From positions 576,001 to 640,000 of the forward strand of contig CBDCDA010000001.1 in the NCBI GenBank assembly GCA_965215335.1: a stretch of DNA of 64,000 nucleotides. Direction: 5' to 3'. The notes beneath the pieces were generated by a model. It was not told the origin of the DNA, ran no database searches, and saw nothing but the letters and a program-made list of their open reading frames with translations. The position numbers and the translations under genes were made by a program. Of the stretch, positions 26,604 to 36,195 are shown in pieces. How positions within the stretch are numbered: position 1 is the first letter of the stretch; each line of letters begins with the position of its first letter. The DNA is from an uncultured Candidatus Entotheonella sp. Lineage in GTDB: Bacteria; Tectomicrobia; Entotheonellia; Entotheonellales; Entotheonellaceae.

Positions 26604-29581
26604 AACAAACCCAGGTCGAGGAGCCCAAACCCGAGTATGTCGCCAAGAGCGGCGCGAGCCTGCAACGTAAAAACGGCAAGATATGGAGTCACATCCGATG
26701 CAGATGGCTCGTCGAAACGCCGGAAGAATACGTCCGACAGGAATATCTGCTTATCCTGCGGCACGAATACGGCTACGACCTGGAACAGATGGCCGAGGAA
26801 ATGGAAGTGACGGGGCGCGGTTCCGGGCACGCCCGGGCCGACTTCGTCGTATGGCGCTCCGCCCTCGACAAGGCCGACCAGAAACCCCCGCTGGTCATCG
26901 TCGAGTGCAAGTCTGACAACGTAACGATCCGGCCTGCAGACTACGGCCAGGGTGACAACTACGCCCGCTTGGCGAACGCGCCTTTCTTCGTCACCCACAA
27001 CAACACGGAAACCAAGTTCTGGCGGGTCCGCAAAGACCGCATGCCCGGCTACCTGGAAGAGATTGAAGACATTCCGCACGCGGACGCCACCGACAGGCAG
27101 ATTGATGCCCTCCTCACCCGCCTGAAAACCTTCAAGGAAGACGAGTTCGCCGCCCTGCTCCACCAATGTCACAACGTCATCAGGAACCGCGAGAAGATAG
27201 ATCCGGTAGCGGCTTTCGACGAAATCGCCAAAATTCTGTTCATCAAGGTCTACGTCGAACGCGAGCTGAAGCGCCGGCAGCGGCGCGACAACTTGTTCAC
27301 CGTGGAATTCCTTGAAACTCAGCTTGCCGACAATCCACTTGAGGACCTGTTCCAGAAGACGAAGGCGCACTACGAAACGGACCGCATCTTCGCTGAGGAT
27401 GAACGCCTGAACCTGAAGCCCGCCACCGGCCTTGAAATTGTCCGGCTTCTCGAACGTTACAACCTGTCCGACACCAGTGAAGACATCAAGGGCATTGCCT
27501 TCGAGCGCTTTCTTGGCAAGACCTTCCGGGGCGAAATCGGCCAGTTCTTCACGCCGCGCCCCATCGTCGAGTTCATGGTGCGCATGGTGGACCCGCAGGA
27601 GGGAGACGTCATCTGCGACCCGGCAAGCGGTTCCGGCGGCTTCCTGATCCGTTTCTTCGAGATCGTCCGGGAACGGATTCTCGCCGACGTGGATCGGCGT
27701 TACCAGGCCTTCCGCCGGGAGACCGACGGCGCGACGCACCTGGCCGCGGAGGAAAAAGCCGCGGCGCTCCGCGACAAGTATGAAGAACTGCAACGGACGC
27801 TCGACAAGGACGTTCGCGGCTCACGGATGTGGAACCTGGCGAACGGCTGCATCTACGGCACGGACGCCAACGATCGCATGGCCCGCACCAGCAAAATGAA
27901 CATGATCATGCACGGCGACGGTCACGGCGGGGTGCATCACCACGACGGCTTTCTGAACGTCAACGGCATCTTCGACGGGCGCTTCGACATCATCCTGACC
28001 AACCCGCCGTTTGGCGCCAGCGTCGAGCCCTCGGACACGGTTCTTGAAGAACAAACCGCTATCCCTGCCGAACTCGAACGCCGGTATGCCGACCGCTATG
28101 GAAACCCTTACCGCGACGCACTGAGCCGCGTGCGCGCCGCCGTCGGCAAGCCCATTGCCAGTTTGTTTGCCCTGCCGACCGTGAAGGGGAATCGGCAAGT
28201 CGGCAAGATCAAGACCGAGCTTCTCTTCATCGAACGGTGTCTTGATTTGTTGAAGCCCGGCGGCCGCCTCGGCATCGTGCTTCCCGAAGGCGTCTTCAAC
28301 AATCCATCGCTGGCCTACGTCCGCGAGTTCTGCGAAGACCGTGCCTTCATCCGGGCCGTTGTCTCCCTGCCGCCCGAGACCTTCGTTTCTTCCGGCGCCA
28401 CCGTGAAGGCGTCGCTCCTGTTCATGCAGAAATTCACCGACGCAGAACAGGCCGACTTCAACGCCAAGAAGGACGCGGCTACACAGGAAACACGCGAGAC
28501 CTACGCTGCTGAGATTGCTGAACGCATGGGGGCACTTGAAGCGGCGATTACTCAAGCCAAGGAAGACAGGGCTGTTGACAGCCGCAAGGCATTGCAAGCC
28601 GAACTGAAGCAGTATCTGCGCGATACGGAAGCGAAAATCAAAGCCGAGGCGCGCGCCCTGCTCAAATCCCGCTTCCCCTACCCCGTCTTTCTCTATGAGG
28701 CTGAGCACGTCGGCATCACCGCCACCGGCGAAACCGACCGCGTGCCGAATGAGCTTGTGCCGAGTGGTTACAAGTCGGAGGGTATTGAGAAAACCGTGCT
28801 TGAGCTTTATCGGGAATTCCGGGCTAATCCCGAAGTCTTGTCCGTGTGGGGCTCACGAGTCATAGGGCTTAACCCTTTTCCTACCTGTTTTCGCGCCTCG
28901 TTCTCTGACACATATCGATGGGATCCTGGAAGCTTTTGCACTTTGGGCTGGCTTTGGGAACCGTATGTACTGAACCCAATCGGCAGCGTTTTGAAGCCAC
29001 GCAGAGAGAAGGTTGACCGAAACCTTCATGACTTTACGAGTCTGCAACCCATTACGATTCACTTCGATGGCTCGGTCGACAAACGCAATGTCAGGCACGG
29101 CACGGAATACTCAATGGACCTCTTTTTTGCCTACCCCGGCGATTTGATCATTGCAAAGATAGACCTCAAGAATGGAGCGGTAGGCGTTGTGCCTGAAGGC
29201 TGGGAGAAGGTGGTTGTAACTGGACACTTTGCCGTCTATGAAGTGGATTCAAGACGAGTTCGTACGCAATGGTTGCATCGCATTATTCAGCAACCCGATT
29301 TCAAGGAGTATCTGTGGCGTAACAAGGTTGGAGCTGAAGGCCGAAAAGAGGTCAAGCTGGACTTCTTCGAGTCGATTTCAATTCCCATCCCAGACATCGC
29401 CACCCAGGAAGCCATCCTGATGGAACGTAACCTGATTCGGTCACAAATCGATCGCTTGACTCAACTCCTAATAGAATCCGAATCGCATCTGATCGAGATG
29501 ATTCATGGACGCGCTTCGCCTCCGCAAAAACAAGCTCTTTTGCAACAAATAAACAAGGTTGTCAGCAACGGTGAGCATTGA
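26600..29581 (+). CDS. Single-chain restriction-modification enzyme (HsdR-N-like nuclease, N6-adenine methylase, HsdS-like TRD; type IIG/IIB-like)
   Basis: TPEEYVRQ, ADFVV...IVECKS nuclease, GQFFTPR, DPASGSGGF, TNPPFG, LGIVLPEG, C-terminal SIPIPDIATQEAI. Confidence 0.9.
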   Translation: MKQTQVEEPKPEYVAKSGASLQRKNGKIWSHIRCRWLVETPEEYVRQEYLLILRHEYGYDLEQMAEEMEVTGRGSGHARADFVVWRSALDKADQKPPLVIVECKSDNVTIRPADYGQGDNYARLANAPFFVTHNNTETKFWRVRKDRMPGYLEEIEDIPHADATDRQIDALLTRLKTFKEDEFAALLHQCHNVIRNREKIDPVAAFDEIAKILFIKVYVERELKRRQRRDNLFTVEFLETQLADNPLEDLFQKTKAHYETDRIFAEDERLNLKPATGLEIVRLLERYNLSDTSEDIKGIAFERFLGKTFRGEIGQFFTPRPIVEFMVRMVDPQEGDVICDPASGSGGFLIRFFEIVRERILADVDRRYQAFRRETDGATHLAAEEKAAALRDKYEELQRTLDKDVRGSRMWNLANGCIYGTDANDRMARTSKMNMIMHGDGHGGVHHHDGFLNVNGIFDGRFDIILTNPPFGASVEPSDTVLEEQTAIPAELERRYADRYGNPYRDALSRVRAAVGKPIASLFALPTVKGNRQVGKIKTELLFIERCLDLLKPGGRLGIVLPEGVFNNPSLAYVREFCEDRAFIRAVVSLPPETFVSSGATVKASLLFMQKFTDAEQADFNAKKDAATQETRETYAAEIAERMGALEAAITQAKEDRAVDSRKALQAELKQYLRDTEAKIKAEARALLKSRFPYPVFLYEAEHVGITATGETDRVPNELVPSGYKSEGIEKTVLELYREFRANPEVLSVWGSRVIGLNPFPTCFRASFSDTYRWDPGSFCTLGWLWEPYVLNPIGSVLKPRREKVDRNLHDFTSLQPITIHFDGSVDKRNVRHGTEYSMDLFFAYPGDLIIAKIDLKNGAVGVVPEGWEKVVVTGHFAVYEVDSRRVRTQWLHRIIQQPDFKEYLWRNKVGAEGRKEVKLDFFESISIPIPDIATQEAILMERNLIRSQIDRLTQLLIESESHLIEMIHGRASPPQKQALLQQINKVVSNGEH

Positions 29582-29760
29582 AGCGACGTGTACTTCGACA
29601 ACCTCCGTTTGGCCCGGACCCACCACGACGTTGAAGCCATGATTCCTGGAAGCAAAACGTTTGAGTACAGGGTGAACGGCCAGAAGCCGGACACAGGCGG
29701 GAGGGTTGCGAAATTCTTCGGACGACTCACCGAATCAAGAACCGGCCGCTGCGAAATCCG

Positions 29761-30360
29761 TCACAAGCTCCAGGGGGTGTGTAAACGCACCAGAGTCCGC
29801 TTCAAGCTGTTGGAAATCTGGCTTGCACGTTCAACGTCCCAATGCAGGCGGACAAACTCCCCAAGCCGGACGTTATATCCAGGACCGACCTTGCTGGTGG
29901 CTCCAGGCTTGGGGACGAGGTCGGCTCGCAACCGCGTTCTGTTACTCGAGCGCGCCAATGAAACGAGCAATTCCTTGGGATGTATGAGAGCGTCGGTATC
30001 AAGCGGCACCCGGTTTAAGGGAATGGACAAAAAGTTCGCGATGCCTTTTCGGTCGGCCATAATCCATGACTCTACCTCCATCACTGCAAGGCGAAGGAAG
30101 AAATGGGGGTTACGCGGGCCTTTGATCCATGAACGGATCAATTGTGACGGGCATTGATTCGGAGAATCCTGGTCAGTCAACATGAATACCGTAAATCCCC
30201 TGGCGGTCTGATTCAGATTCTGGGCCTTCCTTTGCAGGTAACCCTTCCCTTTCAAGCCGAGCCGTTGGCTGACAGCGATGCCCAGGCTCGCAAGAATCTG
30301 TGTCGAGACGGCTTCGCCCAGCACATCTTCAACCGCCAAGATGGCGCTTCTTTGCGTCAT
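29761..30360 (-). CDS. DUF4276-like TOPRIM-fold protein
   Basis: AVED, LTDQD (DxD), EVESWIMAD, HPKE, SNSLKR. ATGA-coupled to the upstream ATPase. Confidence 0.7.
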   Translation of the reverse strand: MTQRSAILAVEDVLGEAVSTQILASLGIAVSQRLGLKGKGYLQRKAQNLNQTARGFTVFMLTDQDSPNQCPSQLIRSWIKGPRNPHFFLRLAVMEVESWIMADRKGIANFLSIPLNRVPLDTDALIHPKELLVSLARSSNRTRLRADLVPKPGATSKVGPGYNVRLGEFVRLHWDVERASQISNSLKRTLVRLHTPWSL

Positions 30361-31511
30361 CCCAAAAAGCTCAACTGCTCAACGTCGTCTGGTTTCGTCC
30401 TGGGGAGAACGACCTCTCCGACCGTCAGGCCTGATTCGAGCAAGACGCGGACTTCGTCGATATCGGCTGCCACTTTGACATCTGTTCCTTCCTTCGCAGC
30501 GGTCAGCAGAAGGACTTCATGACCGTCGATACCTTGTTCTGTCAGAAGCGCGTCGCTGTGGGTGCTGATTAAGACTTGTCTGCGCCGATTGCGCTGCGTT
30601 CGGAATACAATAGGGGCAAGCTGCGACACAATGGCGGCATTCAACGAAAGCTCCGGCTCCTCCAACAAGAGGAGCGAATCACTCTCTGCGAGAGACCATA
30701 GAAAGCCGATCAGACGGAGCGTGCCATCGGAAAATTGATCTTCCCTCTGCAGGCCTGCTTGTGGACGCCAGTGCGAGTAGAGAGCCTGAAGATGAGGGCG
30801 CCCCGTCACCGGGTCACGGACAAATTGAAGTTGTTCAAGCTGTGGCACAGCGATTTTCAGTGCCTTCTCGATTCTTGACAAACGGGACCGGCGTGTTCTT
30901 TCGTTTGATTTTGCCAGGCGCTCCAGAAGCCCTTGCCCGAAAGGGTCGTCCTCAAGAATATGTCCCTGTATGGAATCAGCGAATCGCAAGAGCTGGGGGA
31001 CCACGTGCAGATAGGTAACCGCCTGAAAGAAGCGGACAACCTCTCGGAAGTCACCGTTAACATTTATCTGCTCAAGAAAAGTCTGGGTAAGCCGGTCGCG
31101 ATCTTGTTTTTCTTCCGGGCTAGGTCTGTCGAGAATCTGTTGGCTTTTCTTCCACACCCGCTCATGGGTGACATAAGGCTGGCGATAGCCACGCGTTTCT
31201 TGGCGCAGGCCAAGAGCGTAACGCCACATCGGAGGCTCACCCGCGACGTCGGTAAGGTGAACCTCTATGGCAATTTCCGGGTCCCGCCGCGCCGCCAGAC
31301 TGCGAATCTTGGATACGCCGCCCCGATCTTTAACCGCCTTTTGGAGTCCACCTCCTTCAGGTTTGGCAATATCCCGAAGGAAACGGAAGACGTCGAGAAG
31401 GTTAGATTTGCCCGAAGCATTGGGCCCGACAATGAATTGGCGTTCCTGGAGGTCGACATCGACAGATCGGAAGTTGCGCCAGTTCTTTACTGAAATATGA
31501 CTGACGATCAT
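30357..31511 (-). CDS. ABC-type (AAA_21/AAA_15-like) ATPase
   Basis: GPNASGKSN Walker A, FSDGTLR signature, LLLLEEPE Walker B, ISTHS H-loop. Confidence 0.92.
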   Translation of the reverse strand: MIVSHISVKNWRNFRSVDVDLQERQFIVGPNASGKSNLLDVFRFLRDIAKPEGGGLQKAVKDRGGVSKIRSLAARRDPEIAIEVHLTDVAGEPPMWRYALGLRQETRGYRQPYVTHERVWKKSQQILDRPSPEEKQDRDRLTQTFLEQINVNGDFREVVRFFQAVTYLHVVPQLLRFADSIQGHILEDDPFGQGLLERLAKSNERTRRSRLSRIEKALKIAVPQLEQLQFVRDPVTGRPHLQALYSHWRPQAGLQREDQFSDGTLRLIGFLWSLAESDSLLLLEEPELSLNAAIVSQLAPIVFRTQRNRRRQVLISTHSDALLTEQGIDGHEVLLLTAAKEGTDVKVAADIDEVRVLLESGLTVGEVVLPRTKPDDVEQLSFLG

Positions 31512-31699
31512 GGTTGGAACTCCGATGAATGTCCGATCCGACCGGCATTTGCCGGGGACCACAATAGGTGCACCACGCCCAGCAACTCGTCAAGCTCTTC
31601 GGCGGCGACCAGGGCGACACCTCCGGCGCCGGGGCGTCGGAAGGTTCCAACCTCGCGGTTGGCTATGGCTTTGTCGCATTGAGTCTTTCGGCTCATCAT
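31508..31699 (-). pseudogene. Truncated Phd/YefM-like antitoxin
   Basis: CDKAIANRE...RRPGAGGVALVAAEELDELLGVVHLLWSPANAGR resembles the YefM C-terminal half (..HLLRSPANA). N-terminal DNA-binding strand absent. Confidence 0.6.
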
Positions 31700-31801
31700 G
31701 TAGAGTGGGACCTTAAAGGCAATGTGCAATGCAATTAGTATAAAGCAGTGAAGACGAAAGTCACAGATACGCATCTACGTTAGCCAAGGAGCCAACACGA
31801 C

Positions 31802-31881
31802 GTGTACGCAGTCGGCTGCGATGCTGCCACTACAGACTTCTTCCACCATCGCCGTGCTGCCAGCCATGCCACTTTCTCTTA
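31802..31881 (+). pseudogene. 5' fragment of a class I SAM methyltransferase
   Basis: VYAVGCDAATTDFFHHRRAASHATFS-stop shares 24 bp exactly with the fragment at 34580. Confidence 0.5.
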
Positions 31882-32055
31882 ACAAAGTGATGTTACGCAC
31901 CGTTTAAGTCATGAACAGGACGAGGGACCATGAACAGAGAACTCGTAGACCTCTACAGCGATTACCTCTTGAGTTCCTTTGGCGCAACCACCGCAACAGG
32001 TCTGTCCGACCTGCTCGAAGGTTCCCTCAGCCATGACCAGATAAGCCGCTTTCTA

Positions 32056-32898
32056 GGCTCAGGACCTATAAAAGGGCATCATTGGTCATGTAGGATTCAA
32101 GACCCTGACTTCATAAGGAGGTTCATCATGCCCGATCACTGCTTCTGGCTATCCGACGTGCAGTTTGCCCGCCTGAAACCCCTGCTACCCAACAAGGTGC
32201 GGGGGGTCCCACGCGTCGATGACCGAAAAGTCATCAGCGGCATCATCCACGTCATTCGATACGGTCTGATGTGGCGCCACGCGCCCGCCTGCTACGGTCC
32301 CCACAAGACGCTCTACAACCGCTTCGTGCGCTGGAGCAAGGCCGGTGTCTTCGACCGCATCTTCCAAACCTTGGCCGCCGACAGCACGGCCACCGAGACC
32401 GTCATGATCGACAGCACGCATCTCAAGGCGCATCGCACCGCTGCCAGCCTGCTTGAGGGGGGGCTTTTCCGCGTCATATCGGGCGTACCCGAGGCGGCCT
32501 CAACTCGAAACTTCACGCCGTCTGCGACGGCGACGGCAAGCCCGTCGTCATGGTGTTGACTGCGGGCCAGGTCAGCGACTATCGCGGGGCAGACATGGCG
32601 CTGCCCGCATTGCCGGAGGCCGACGTGCTGATTGCCGACAAGGGTTATGACAGCAACCGGCTGCGCAAGGCGCTTGCCGAGCGCAAGATCAAGCCCTGTA
32701 TTCCAGGCCGTGCCAATCGTAAAGAGCCGATTGTCTACGACACGGAGCTTTACAAGAGCCGTAATCTCATCGAGCGCCTGTTCGGTCGTCTCAAGGATTG
32801 GCGTCGCATCGCCACGCGCTATGACCGGTGTGCGCACACCTTTTTCAGTGCCATCTGCCTTGCTGCCACGGTCATCTTCTGGATATGAGTCCTGAACC
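32056..32898 (+). mobile_element. IS5-family (IS427/IS1031-like) insertion sequence
   Basis: Ends GGCTCAGGAC / GTCCTGAACC (9/10 inverted match), flanked by duplicated TA within CTAG. Confidence 0.88.
32128..32888 (+). CDS. IS5 transposase, two ORFs joined by a probable -1 frameshift at G7 (32457-32463)
   Basis: orfA: PRVDDR, YGPHKTLYNRFVRWS, IDST. orfB: GRTRGGLNSKLH, ADKGYDS, RNLIERLFGRLKDWRRIATRYD. Confidence 0.88.
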
Positions 32899-33869
32899 TA
32901 GCCCAAGAAGACTTTGACTCCAAGACCCTCTGGCAACTCGTCAAGCCCATGGTGCGTGAGATTGAAGACGCCGGAGGCGTCCTCATCTTCGACGACACCA
33001 TTGAGGAAAAGCCCTATACGGACGAAAACGAACTCATCGCCTGGCACTTCGACCACAGCAAGAACCGCACCGTCAAAGGCATCAACCTGCTTAACTGTGT
33101 CTATCACGCCCAAGGCACCACCCTGCCCGTGGCCTGTGAACTCATCGGCAAACCCATCGTCTACCGTGATGCGAAAACGGGAACCTTGAAGCGCAAAAGC
33201 AACCGCTCGAAGTTGGTTTTCAGCCAAAGACAACCTGAACTTCATTCGCCAGGGCTTGGGCAAGCATTTCGTCATCGCCCTGAAATCCAACCGTACGGTG
33301 GCCTTGAGCTACGAGGCCAAACGCCAAGGAAACTTCTCACGCCTAGATGCGCTGAACTTGCCGGAACGCCAAGCGGTAAGCGGCTACTTGAGGGGACTGG
33401 ACTTTGCGGTTCTCCTCGTCCGCCAAGTCTTTACAAACAAAGACGGCAGCCGCGGGGTTTTGTATCTGGCTTGCAGCGACCTCGAGCAGGACGCAGAAGG
33501 CATCGTCACAATCTACCAGAAACGGTGGAACGTGGAGACGTATCACAAGACGCTCAAGAGCCATGCGTCGCTAGCCAAGTCGCCGACCCGAACGGTACGG
33601 ACGCAGAGCAATCATTGTTTTCTGGCGATTTATGCTGCGTGTCGCCTGACATGGCTCAGTGTGCAACATCGGCTCAATCACGTGGCCTTACGAACCCGGC
33701 TCTATCTCAAGGCGGTGCGTCATGCCTTTGATGAACTCCAACTCCTCAAGGCCGCGTAACATCACTTAACAAAGCCCGAGCGTGCCGTGACGCCCTCACA
33801 TGCCGAGTACGACAGCAGCGACCGTTTCTACATACCCAATCCAGGCTGTACGTTTAGGAGATAAGGATT

Positions 33870-34509
33870 ATGTACACCCCGGAAAGCTTCAACATTTCCG
33901 ACCTGCAAACCATGCATGCAGACATGGAACGGTGGAATTTTTGCAACCCTCGTCACGCCGGATGCAGAGGGCGAATTGCAGGCCACGCATCTCCCCTTGT
34001 TGCTCAAACGTGACGCCGGACGACTCGGCATGCTGGCTGGCCACATGGCAAAAGCAAATACGCACTGGAAGGCATTCAACATGTCTCGAGAAAGCCTGGT
34101 CGTCTTCCATGGCCCTCACGCCTACATTTCTCCGCGGTGGTACAGCACCGATGAAGCCGTTCCCACGTGGAACTACGTGGTGGTGCACGCTTTCGGCATG
34201 CCACGCGTTCTGCAAGAGGCAGAAGGCATGGAGGCTCATTTGAGGCAACTTATTCGCTATCATGAAGGAACGGGGCCGGAATCCTGGCGTCCCGAAAAGC
34301 TCTCGCAAGAAACCTATACGGCGCTGCTAAAGGCGATTGTATGCTTTGAAATGCCAATCTTGCGGATTGAGGGGAAGGCGAAACTCGGGCAGAATCGGTC
34401 ACGTCGTGACATTGTGGGTCTTGTGGGGGGTCTGCAAGGGACGGACAGAGCGGCTGACCATGAATTGGCGAAGATTACGCAGAGCCGTGTCCTTGAGACA
34501 TCTGAATAG
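33870..34509 (+). pseudogene. PaiB-like FMN-binding split-barrel protein with a +1 frameshift at T5 (33938-33942); may be a sequencing error
   Basis: MYTPESF...ERWNF joins ATLVT in another frame. GHMAKAN, GPHAYISPRWY, VPTWNY, KLGQNR. Confidence 0.8.
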
Positions 34510-34579
34510 GGGTTCCTACCAGGTCGTTTGGATTGGCACATTGAGTCTCCTGGTCTCATGTACAGTAGGACCGTACAGA

Positions 34580-34795
34580 CATCGCCGTGCTGCCAGCCAT
34601 GCCGCCTTTTTCCCTCCCTACGTGCGGCCTGGTATGACTCTCCTGGATTGTGGTTGTGGTCCGGGCACCATCACGCTTGATTTCGCCGCCCTCGTCGCAC
34701 CGGCTGAGGCGATCGGCGTCGACATTGAGACAAGCCGACTCCAGTTGGCCCGGACGCGGGCCGCAGATCGAGAGAACCGGCGCGGCGCGGCATGA
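34580..34795 (+). pseudogene. Class I SAM methyltransferase fragment
   Basis: HAAFF...RPGMTLLDCGCGPGTIT...GVDI, then premature stop with no proper start. Confidence 0.75.
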
Positions 34796-34860
34796 TGCGA
34801 CGGCGCGTCAACAACCCTGGCGGCACATCCCGCCCCTGAAACCCCGAAAGAGGTGATCCC

Positions 34861-36132
34861 ATGCAACTGACCGGTGTTCCACGCGCCTCCACGTTTCCCC
34901 GCATGCTGCGGGTCAAGCAGCAATTCGGCGGCCCGCAACTCCCCGACGTGGCCGCTTCCGTTCAAGAAACCCTTGCCAACTTGGCGCTGCCCGTCGAGCC
35001 GGGGCAATCCGTGGCCCTGACTGTCGGCAGCCGCGGCGTCGTGAATATCGACGCCATCGTGCGGGCGACGGTCCGACACTTGCAGTCGCTCGGCGCCGAG
35101 CCGTTCATCATTCCCGCCATGGGCAGCCACGGCGGCGGCACCGCCGAGGGGCAGGCCGCCGTTCTGGCGCACTACGGCGTCACCGAGGGGGCCATGGGCT
35201 GCCCCGTCAAATCGACAATGGACGTGGTGCAGGTCGGCGAGGTTCTCGGCCTGCCAATCTGGTTGGATCGCTACGCTGCCGAGGCGGACTGGATCGGCGT
35301 AATCAACCGGGTGAAGCCGCACACCGGCTTTACGGGCGAGATCGGTTCAGGACTGTTCAAGATGATGACCATCGGCATGGGCAAGCATCGCGGCGCGGTC
35401 CAGGCGCACCGCGCCAACATCCGGCTGGGCTATGAAACCATGATCACCGAACTGGGCCGCGAGATGCTGACACGCGCCCGCCTCGCCTTCGGGCTCGGCA
35501 TCGTCGAAAACGGCTACGACGAGACCGCCCTCGTCCGCGCCTTCCTGCCGGGCGACGTTGAAGCGGGCGAACGCGAACTGCTGCGTCAGGCCAAGGCATG
35601 GATGGCCAAACTGCCGTTCGATCCCGTCGACCTGCTGATCGTCGACGAAATGGGCAAGGACATCTCCGGATCGGGGATGGATACCAACGTCATCGGCCGG
35701 CATACGACGTTCTTCGAGCGCCCGTTCACCAGTCCCAAGATCACCTTCATCGTCGTGTGCGGCCTGACACCGAACAGCTACGGCAACGCCACCGGCATCG
35801 GCAACGCCGACTTCACCACCCGCCAACTGGCCGATGCGGTCGACTGGGAGCCTACCTACATCAACAATCTGACCGCCTGCTCGCCGGGCGGCGGCAAGCT
35901 GCCGCCGGTTCTGGACACGGCGCAGGAGGCCATCGGCGTGGCGCTGGCCTGCCTCGGCCTGGACCGCATCGAAGATGCCCGGGTCGTACGCATCAAGAAC
36001 ACCCTGCACCTGACCGAAGTGGACGTGTCGGAAGCCCTCCTGCCGGAAGTCTCGAAGCGGGACGACCTGATACCGGCCGGTGAGGCGGAACCGCTGGCGT
36101 TCGCGGCGGACGGCAGCCTGTTGCCATTCTGA
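34861..36132 (+). CDS. Lactate racemase (LarA)-like N-terminal domain protein
   Basis: VGSRG, PAMGSHGG, NRVKPHT, SGLFKMM, GKDISGSGMDTNVIGR. Confidence 0.8.
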   Translation: MQLTGVPRASTFPRMLRVKQQFGGPQLPDVAASVQETLANLALPVEPGQSVALTVGSRGVVNIDAIVRATVRHLQSLGAEPFIIPAMGSHGGGTAEGQAAVLAHYGVTEGAMGCPVKSTMDVVQVGEVLGLPIWLDRYAAEADWIGVINRVKPHTGFTGEIGSGLFKMMTIGMGKHRGAVQAHRANIRLGYETMITELGREMLTRARLAFGLGIVENGYDETALVRAFLPGDVEAGERELLRQAKAWMAKLPFDPVDLLIVDEMGKDISGSGMDTNVIGRHTTFFERPFTSPKITFIVVCGLTPNSYGNATGIGNADFTTRQLADAVDWEPTYINNLTACSPGGGKLPPVLDTAQEAIGVALACLGLDRIEDARVVRIKNTLHLTEVDVSEALLPEVSKRDDLIPAGEAEPLAFAADGSLLPF

Positions 36133-36195
36133 GGCAAGATTTGGAAAGCGTTTCTACCCCGTCGTCCTTCGCATCGTCCGCGGTCCCGCATCGAC

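Larger units (their letters stand above)
31930..33759 (+). pseudogene. IS701-like DDE transposase, split by IS5 and frameshifted near 33212
   Basis: Removing the inner IS rejoins SHDQISRFL-AQEDFDSKTLW. LIFDDT and RWNVETYHK motifs present, with a frame change between KRKSNRSK and WFSAKDN. Confidence 0.85.
31885..33767 (+). mobile_element. IS701-like insertion sequence, decayed and interrupted by an IS5 element
   Basis: 14-bp terminal inverted repeats AAGTGATGTTACGC (31885-31898) and GCGTAACATCACTT (33754-33767), flanked by AACA direct repeats. Confidence 0.85.

Noticed and set aside
29582..29760. Possible gene remnant after the R-M enzyme (YFDNLRLARTHHDVEAMIPGSKTFEYRVNG)
   Set aside because: Looks protein-like but I recognise no family, and the rest of the ORF is antisense to the DUF4276-like gene
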